Shown here piece by piece: positions 57,811 to 64,000 of a stretch of 64,000 nt of DNA. The notes beneath the pieces are model-generated. The model was not told the DNA's origin. It ran no database searches and was given only the letters and a program-made list of their open reading frames with translations. The DNA is taken from assembly GCA_037139075.1 (NCBI GenBank), contig JBAXHC010000001.1:2795-66794 (forward strand). Direction: 5' to 3'. A program made the translations under genes and the position numbers. Numbering within the stretch: position 1 is the first letter of the stretch; the number at the start of each line of letters is the position of its first letter. The DNA comes from Bacteroidota bacterium. Lineage in GTDB: Bacteria > Bacteroidota > Bacteroidia > Chitinophagales > Chitinophagaceae.

Positions 57811-60024
57811 ATGAAATATTTAGTCATACTTATAAGTTCTTTATTGTTGGTTTTAGCTGCAAAAGCGCAAACCAAAATCAGTGGAACCGTGAGGGACATG
57901 AAAAGTCATATTGTAGCTGGGGCTAGTATTCAGATCAAAGGTTCATACGACGGATCGGTAAGTGATTCTACAAGTCATTTCAACTTTAAAAGCTTTGAAA
58001 AAGGAACCCAAACCATTGTTGTGAGCAATATTGGATTCAAAACGCTGGAACAAATTATCGAATTAAAAGGCGAACCCATTGAAATTAATTTTGCATTGAA
58101 GGAAGAAGTGAGTGAATTAAAAGCGGTTACTGTTACAGCGGGTAGTTTTGAAGCAGGCGACAAAAAAAGAGCTGCAACTGTTTTAAATACTTTGGATGTA
58201 TTAACAACGGGCGGGGCCAATGCAGATATTACATCTGTTTTAAAAACTTTACCTGGAGCGCAACAGGTTGGCGATCAGGAAGGATTGTTTGTTCGTGGAG
58301 GTGCTGGTTATGAAGCCAAACAATTTATCGATGGCACACTGGTAAACAACCCGTATTATAGCAGTGTTCCAGATATCGCACAACGTGGAAGATTTTCTCC
58401 TAACCTTTTTAAAGGAACCGTTTTTAGCACAGGAGGTTATTCTGCTTTATATGGTCAGGCACTTTCTTCTGCTGTGATTTTAGAATCGATTGACCTCCCG
58501 GATCAATCTCAGGTGAATGCTTCCATCAGTACTGTATTTGTGGGATTGGGTTTACAAGAACTTGCAAAAAATAAAAAGTCATCCTGGGGTTTTAATTATG
58601 GATATACTAATGTGTGGCCTTATTTTCAAATTGTGAAACAGGGTGTTGACTATTTTAGAATCCCTGAGTTTCATTCTGCTGATGCAAACTTTCGCATCAA
58701 AACAAAATCAGGTGGCATTATAAAATATTATACCACATTTAGTCATAATCAATTGGGTCTTCGTCGCCCAGATATCGATAGCTTATTATTAAAAGATGCT
58801 TTTAGCTTAACCAACTATAACTGGTATAATAATTTGAGTTGGAGAGAAAATTTAGGGAATGGCTGGAAAATGAATCTGGGTTTGAGTTACAGCACAGATC
58901 ATAATGATATCAATCAAAATATTCAGAATCAACAGAATCAGAATACGAACACTGGAATATCATATATCGATGCCAAAAATTTTACTCTAGAAAACAAATC
59001 AGACTTATCTCAATTAAAATTAGTGTTTGATAAAAGAATCTCAGGAATCAGTGTGATTCGTTTTGGTAGTGAGTATATGTATGCTTACAATAAAAGCATT
59101 TATAGCGGATTGAACTCTTTATTAAAAGATAATTTTCTTGCTTCTTTTGCTGAAGCAGACTTATACATCACCAATGCCTTAGCATTAAAAACAGGAGTTC
59201 GATTAGAGCAATCATCATTATTGAACAAAATGAATATTGCGCCGCGAATCTCACTTGCTTATAAACTAGGGAATGGTGCACAAATGTCTATGGCGTATGG
59301 CGATTTTTATCAGAAACCAGAAAACAATCAATTAATATATACCACTCAATTAGGTTATACAAAAGCTACGCACTATATCATAAATTATATGAAAGTTACT
59401 ACGCTACAAACATTTCGTGTGGAAGCATTTTATAAAAAATATACTGATCTGGTTAAAACATTTCCAGCCTATAACAATACTGGAACTGGCGATGCTAAAG
59501 GAATTGAGCTTTTCTGGAGAGATAAAAAAACAATCAAGGGCATGGATTACTGGATTAGTTATTCTTATCTCGATACCCAAAGAGATTATCTAAACTATCC
59601 AAAACCTTTGCAACCAAATTTTGCTGCAAATCATACAGCTAGTTTTGTATTGAAAAAGTTTTATAGCAAAATCAACACAGGGTTCAATTTTACTTATACT
59701 TATGCAACTGGTAGACCTTATTACGATATCCGTTACAATTCTAACACATTAAAATATTCCATTGCTGATCAGGGTAAAACCATTGATTATCATAACCTGG
59801 GTTTTAGTATGAACTGGCTCACTAATATCTTTAAATCATACGCAGTTGTAGTTGCATCTGTAACAAATGTGCTTGGGAGTAATCAAGTGTTTGGATATAA
59901 TTATTCAAATAATGGATCTTATAAAGAAGCCATCACACCAGTTACTCCAAGATTCTTTTTCTTAGGGGTCTTCCTTAGTTGGGGAGTAGATAGGAGACAG
60001 GATGCGATTAATAATAACCTTTAG
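57811..60024 (+). CDS. TonB-dependent receptor with N-terminal carboxypeptidase-regulatory-like domain
   Basis: Signal peptide; ISGTVRD; plug (LKTLPGA...LFVRGG...FIDG...FSTGGYSALYGQALSS); beta-barrel. Confidence 0.88.
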   Translation: MKYLVILISSLLLVLAAKAQTKISGTVRDMKSHIVAGASIQIKGSYDGSVSDSTSHFNFKSFEKGTQTIVVSNIGFKTLEQIIELKGEPIEINFALKEEVSELKAVTVTAGSFEAGDKKRAATVLNTLDVLTTGGANADITSVLKTLPGAQQVGDQEGLFVRGGAGYEAKQFIDGTLVNNPYYSSVPDIAQRGRFSPNLFKGTVFSTGGYSALYGQALSSAVILESIDLPDQSQVNASISTVFVGLGLQELAKNKKSSWGFNYGYTNVWPYFQIVKQGVDYFRIPEFHSADANFRIKTKSGGIIKYYTTFSHNQLGLRRPDIDSLLLKDAFSLTNYNWYNNLSWRENLGNGWKMNLGLSYSTDHNDINQNIQNQQNQNTNTGISYIDAKNFTLENKSDLSQLKLVFDKRISGISVIRFGSEYMYAYNKSIYSGLNSLLKDNFLASFAEADLYITNALALKTGVRLEQSSLLNKMNIAPRISLAYKLGNGAQMSMAYGDFYQKPENNQLIYTTQLGYTKATHYIINYMKVTTLQTFRVEAFYKKYTDLVKTFPAYNNTGTGDAKGIELFWRDKKTIKGMDYWISYSYLDTQRDYLNYPKPLQPNFAANHTASFVLKKFYSKINTGFNFTYTYATGRPYYDIRYNSNTLKYSIADQGKTIDYHNLGFSMNWLTNIFKSYAVVVASVTNVLGSNQVFGYNYSNNGSYKEAITPVTPRFFFLGVFLSWGVDRRQDAINNNL

Positions 60025-60106
60025 AAAATTTAAAAGTAAAAATTAAAAATTAAAAAGAAGAGTGAAGAGAAATTAAATAAAAAATGTAGGTATAAAAAAA
60101 AGGTTT

Positions 60107-60165
60107 CCCCTCCATCGCATGCGATGGAGGGGTGGCTGGAGCGACTGAGCGAACAGACGGGGTGG
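60107..60165. repeat. GC-rich REP-like element containing a perfect 26-bp palindrome
   Basis: CCCCTCCATCGCATGCGATGGAGGGG (60107-60132) is self-complementary and continues as TGGC...CGGGGTGG within an A-rich spacer. Confidence 0.6.
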
Positions 60166-60218
60166 AAAAAAACATGAAAATTAAAATAGATTTTAAAAAA
60201 ATAAAAAAAAACACAAAC

Positions 60219-60848
60219 ATGAAAAATTTACTTTTTGGAGCAATGATGCTGATTGTTGGAATTGTTTCTGCACAATCTAAATACGAAGCAGGTATGGGAA
60301 AAGCATTTGAACAAATGAAAGCCGTTAAAACAGCTGAAGACATGACTACTACTGCGGCATTTTTTGAAAGAATTGCAGATGCAGAGCAAGACAAATGGTT
60401 GCCTTATTATTATGCGGCTTATTGTAATTATTTAACAGGATGGATGAACCCCAATGCAGACAAAGATGCTGTGGGAGAAAAAGCAAAAGCATTAGTTGTA
60501 AAAGCGGAAGTGTTAGAAAAAAATAATTCAGAATTGTACATACTACGTCAAATGATAGCAGTTCAACAATTAACAGTTGATCCAATGTCTCGTTTCCAAA
60601 CTTATGGTGCTCAGGCGAATGAAGCTTTGGAGAAAGCAATACAGGCTGATCCAAACAATCCAAGAATTTATTTAGTAGATGGACAATATAAAATGAATGT
60701 GCCTGATGCTTTTGGTGGCGGAAAAGAAGTAGGTAAAAAGCTTTTTACAAAATCACTTGAATTATTTAAAACATTTAAGCCAGCTTCAGAAATGCATCCA
60801 AGCTGGGGCGCTGATCAGGCAGAAAAATTATTGGCACAGTGTCAATAA
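60219..60848 (+). CDS. Secreted alpha-helical (TPR-like) protein
   Basis: Signal peptide MKNLLFGAMMLIVGIVSA; FERIA..E..KWLPYYYAAY; KAIQADPNNPRIY; C-terminal HPSWG. ATG 60219 preferred. Confidence 0.7.
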   Translation: MKNLLFGAMMLIVGIVSAQSKYEAGMGKAFEQMKAVKTAEDMTTTAAFFERIADAEQDKWLPYYYAAYCNYLTGWMNPNADKDAVGEKAKALVVKAEVLEKNNSELYILRQMIAVQQLTVDPMSRFQTYGAQANEALEKAIQADPNNPRIYLVDGQYKMNVPDAFGGGKEVGKKLFTKSLELFKTFKPASEMHPSWGADQAEKLLAQCQ

Positions 60849-60985
60849 TTAGTTGTCATTAAACGCTCACAAATAGTGCCATAGAAAAGTGCAAAGTCTG
60901 TGTAAAATAGGAGCTTCCTAAAAAGGTATTAGAAATTGATTATCAGCATATTTGTAACTGAAAGGTCAAATCAAATTATTAAGAT

Positions 60986-61672
60986 ATGCCCAACGAAAAA
61001 CAACTATCAGAGAAAGAGAGCTTACAGCTCATCACTGATATGATTCAAAAAGTGAAAAATAGTTACCATGATAAGGGGGTTGGTCCGCTTTTATGGGGAA
61101 CAGTTGTTGCAATTGCTTCTTTTGTAAGCTATTTACAATTGCAATTTAATTTTAGCCTTCCTTTTGATATTTGGTGGATCGTAATGGGTGCTATTATACC
61201 TCAGATAATTTTGATTAATCAAGATGCAAAGACTCAGAAGATCAAACGTCATGAAGACGCTGCGCTAAACGCGGTTTGGTTAGTTTATGCAATAACTATT
61301 TTTGGATTGAGTTTTTTTCAAGCGATAGTTCCAAACGCTGCCGAACAAATCATGCAATTAAATGGTTGGCAAATAATAAAGCACGAAATCAATAATAGTA
61401 AGCCCGACGAAGTAATCAAACCGTTTACGCCTAGCTTTTATTCTATGTATATTTTGATTTATGGTTTCCCGACTTTGGTAACAGGAATAGTAAAGAAATT
61501 TTGGCCAATGACCATTGGGGCCATCATCGCTTACATACTTTTTATGGTCTCTTGTTTTACAGAAACTAAATACGATTTTTTATTGGGGGCAGTTGCAGCG
61601 ATTGCTTGCTGGTTTATTCCTGGCATCATTTTACAAACGAAGTATCAGAAACAAAAGCGTGCGAATGTTTAA
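60986..61672 (+). CDS. Uncharacterised multi-pass membrane protein
   Basis: N-terminal amphipathic LSEKESLQLITDMI, about six hydrophobic helices; overlaps the next gene by 8 bp. Confidence 0.75.
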   Translation: MPNEKQLSEKESLQLITDMIQKVKNSYHDKGVGPLLWGTVVAIASFVSYLQLQFNFSLPFDIWWIVMGAIIPQIILINQDAKTQKIKRHEDAALNAVWLVYAITIFGLSFFQAIVPNAAEQIMQLNGWQIIKHEINNSKPDEVIKPFTPSFYSMYILIYGFPTLVTGIVKKFWPMTIGAIIAYILFMVSCFTETKYDFLLGAVAAIACWFIPGIILQTKYQKQKRANV

Positions 61673-61949
61673 GGAGCTAGATCCCATATTACATTCTCAA
61701 TTACGGTTAGCTGTGATGAGTTTATTAATAAGTGTAAAGGAGGCGGAGTTCACTTTTATTAAAGAAAAGACGAATTCCACTGCAGGTAACCTAAGCGTGC
61801 AGGTTCAAAAACTGAAAGAAGTGGGGTATATCGATGTAAACAAACAATTTAAAGACAACTATCCTCAAACTACCTGTAAAATCACAGCTAAAGGAATTGA
61901 GGCTTTTGAAAATTATGTCAAAGCGCTGCAAGAATATTTAAAAGTATAA
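61665..61949 (+). CDS. Small winged-helix transcription regulator (MarR/ArsR-like, HTH_34 type)
   Basis: LDPILHSQLRLAVMSLL...EFTFIKE...TAGNLSVQVQKL...PQTTCKIT.KG..AF..Y. ATG 61665 overlaps the upstream stop. Confidence 0.85.
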   Translation: MFKELDPILHSQLRLAVMSLLISVKEAEFTFIKEKTNSTAGNLSVQVQKLKEVGYIDVNKQFKDNYPQTTCKITAKGIEAFENYVKALQEYLKV

Positions 61950-62005
61950 CTGTTTTTTTTGCCGTAACTACAACCTCTTAGTTATTTTTGATGTTATATA
62001 CTAAG

Positions 62006-62941
62006 ATGCAACAAATCGTTCAGGTAACTGACCTCACTAAACAGTTTAAAAATCTCATAGCCGTTAATCACCTGTCTTTTTCTGTAAATGAAGGCGATGT
62101 GTATGGATTTCTTGGGCAGAATGGCGCTGGGAAAAGTACGAGTATTCGTATGATGTTAACGCTGATTGAACCTTCAGAGGGGGATATTGAAATTTTTGGA
62201 ATGAATCTTGCCAAACATCGCAGGGAAATTTTACGAAATATTGGTGCTGTGATTGAAAAACCAGATGTATATAAATACCTCTCTGCATATGAAAATCTCC
62301 AATTATTTGCCCGATTGAGCGGCATTAAGCCAACCCGCAAACTTTTAATGGACCAACTGGAAATGGTAGGCCTTGCACAGCGTGCAGACGATAAAGTGAA
62401 AACATTCTCTCAGGGAATGAAGCAAAGATTGGGTATTGGAATTGCACTTGTTCATAACCCCAAACTGATAATCCTTGACGAACCTACTAATGGGTTAGAC
62501 CCTCAGGGAATTGCAGATATCAGAAATTTAATTCTGCATTTGAGTCGCGAAATGAATAAGACAATAATTGTGTCGTCGCATTTATTGAGCGAAATAGAAC
62601 AGATTGCTACCCGAGTTTTAATTATCGACAAGGGTATGAAATTGGTTGAGGGTAATGCATCTGAATTATTAGATCCTTCTCAAACAATTGTAGAATTGCA
62701 AACAATGGATAATGTTTTTGCTTTGCAACAATTGAAATTGAGTAAATGGACCGATAAAGTACAAGGCCAGAGGAATAACAACATTGTTATAAAATTGGAT
62801 CGAAAAGAAATTCCTGCTTTGCATACCGATATTGCGAGTATGCAAATCCAACTATTATCACTTCAACCAAGGCATTCTTTGGAAGATTATTTTTTACAAG
62901 TAACATCCGGCAATCAACATGTTGACACTTATACAAATTGA
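62006..62941 (+). CDS. ABC-2 type ATP-binding protein (BcrA-like)
   Basis: GQNGAGKST, FSQGMKQRLGI, ILDEPTNGLDPQG, VSSHLLSE; TATTTTTG promoter at 61983-61990. Confidence 0.92.
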   Translation: MQQIVQVTDLTKQFKNLIAVNHLSFSVNEGDVYGFLGQNGAGKSTSIRMMLTLIEPSEGDIEIFGMNLAKHRREILRNIGAVIEKPDVYKYLSAYENLQLFARLSGIKPTRKLLMDQLEMVGLAQRADDKVKTFSQGMKQRLGIGIALVHNPKLIILDEPTNGLDPQGIADIRNLILHLSREMNKTIIVSSHLLSEIEQIATRVLIIDKGMKLVEGNASELLDPSQTIVELQTMDNVFALQQLKLSKWTDKVQGQRNNNIVIKLDRKEIPALHTDIASMQIQLLSLQPRHSLEDYFLQVTSGNQHVDTYTN

Positions 62942-63794
62942 GCTTTATAAAATATTTCGCAGGCCAAGAACCTACATCGCGTTCGGGGCTATTGCTGCAT
63001 TAATTCTGATTATTCAATTCGGATTAAAGGTTGATGGTAAAAGCTACGCCGACTTTTTAATGAAAGACGTTGGGGGTACGATGGAAATTGATGGAAATAT
63101 CATTAACGGATATCTGATCTGTTATATCATGTTGCAATTACTATTGGTACACGTTCCTTTATTAGTGGCATTGATTGCTGCTGATATGATTTCGGGCGAA
63201 GCCAATATGGGAACATTAAGATTGCTGTTATCAAAACCTTATAGCAGAACAGAATTGTTGATCGCAAAATTTCTAGCCGCAACTGTATATACTATCATGC
63301 TTTTAATTTGGTTAGCGATACTGGCTTTATTTGTTAGCATGTGGATCTTTGGAGTGGGTGATATGTTTTTAATGAAGAGTAGTTATGTGGTATTGATTAG
63401 TCAGAATGATGTATTCTGGCGTTATGCTGGTGCTTTTGTATTTGCCGCATTGGCAATGGTAACAGTTGCAGCACTGGGATTCTTATTGTCAATCTTTGCC
63501 GAAAATAGTATTGGACCAATCGTTGCTACAATGAGTGTTATTGTTTTCTTTACTATTTTGAGTACGCTGAATATTCCTATGTTCAATGCTTTGAAACCTT
63601 ATTTGTTTACCACTCATTTAATTAGCTGGAAAGAATTCTTTGACTTGAAAGTGAATGATGCAAATGAAGCTATTATTGGCAGTATTCAAAACCCTCAGCG
63701 TATCATCACATCTGCATTAGTATTATTGTTACATATAGTTGGGTTTGTAGGCGGGGCTATTTTTATCTTTAATAAAAAAGACGTACTGAGCTAA
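62919..63794 (+). CDS. ABC-2 type permease
   Basis: IQIELYKIF..., ISGEANMGTLRLLLSKPYSR..LLIAKF; multiple TM helices; overlaps the ATPase gene. Confidence 0.88.
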   Translation: MLTLIQIELYKIFRRPRTYIAFGAIAALILIIQFGLKVDGKSYADFLMKDVGGTMEIDGNIINGYLICYIMLQLLLVHVPLLVALIAADMISGEANMGTLRLLLSKPYSRTELLIAKFLAATVYTIMLLIWLAILALFVSMWIFGVGDMFLMKSSYVVLISQNDVFWRYAGAFVFAALAMVTVAALGFLLSIFAENSIGPIVATMSVIVFFTILSTLNIPMFNALKPYLFTTHLISWKEFFDLKVNDANEAIIGSIQNPQRIITSALVLLLHIVGFVGGAIFIFNKKDVLS

Positions 63795-63813
63795 TTAATT
63801 TTAAAGTATTCAC

Positions 63814-64000
63814 ATGTATAAAATATTTCTTTTTGTTGTTGCATTTCAATTTTCTGTTTTTACGCAGGCTCAGGACATGACTGGTTTGGTAATGAAGGTG
63901 AAAGCAAAATTAGATCAGGTAAATGATTATGAAGCAGATGGTAATATGAAAACCGATGTAAGTTTTATTAAAGCACCCATCGGTAAAGTAAAAATTTATT
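63814..64000 (+). CDS. Exported protein, LolA-like/lipoprotein-sorting fold suspected (3' truncated by the window edge)
   Basis: Not in the ORF track. My translation: MYKIFLFVVAFQFSVFTQAQDMTGLVMKVKAKLDQVNDYEADGNMKTDVSFIK...; signal peptide plus helix-then-strand start typical of LolA-like proteins. Confidence 0.5.
   Translation, partial: MYKIFLFVVAFQFSVFTQAQDMTGLVMKVKAKLDQVNDYEADGNMKTDVSFIKAPIGKVKIY

Overview
AT-rich bacterial chromosomal segment from the Bacteroidota. This is inferred from the gldKLMN T9SS/gliding genes, repeated TAnnTTTG (-7) promoter motifs and Bacteroidota-type AtpB; it is probably Chitinophagaceae-like. It is core genome: I found no prophage, IS, CRISPR, rRNA or tRNA. 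Housekeeping genes include gpsA, hemW, uvrC, yihA, gpmI, nadC, dnaX, rsmE, dnaB, pheT, zapA, rny, rplS, tatA, gatA, purA, relA/spoT and atpBEFHA, plus two TonB-dependent receptors and several ABC systems. Most interesting signals: (1) an A10 run in dnaX right after the clamp-loader core, with stops 2 and about 6 codons later in the two shifted frames (candidate tau/gamma recoding site); (2) a ~21-bp-phased array of DnaA-box-like 9-mers plus an AT-rich tract between divergent dnaB and pheT (candidate oriC or DnaA control site); (3) an ECF sigma factor paired with a putative dual-membrane-spanning anti-sigma factor; (4) a bCerS/YghO-like GNAT, possibly a ceramide or sulfonolipid N-acyltransferase; (5) a candidate small RNA between gldN and uvrC; (6) a very acidic disordered protein and an SSB-tail-like DnaB C-terminus; (7) an uncharacterised TBDR-helical-repeat protein-wHTH-ABC-LolA-like cluster containing a GC-rich perfect palindrome. 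All family assignments come from motif recognition by eye; no database search was run.
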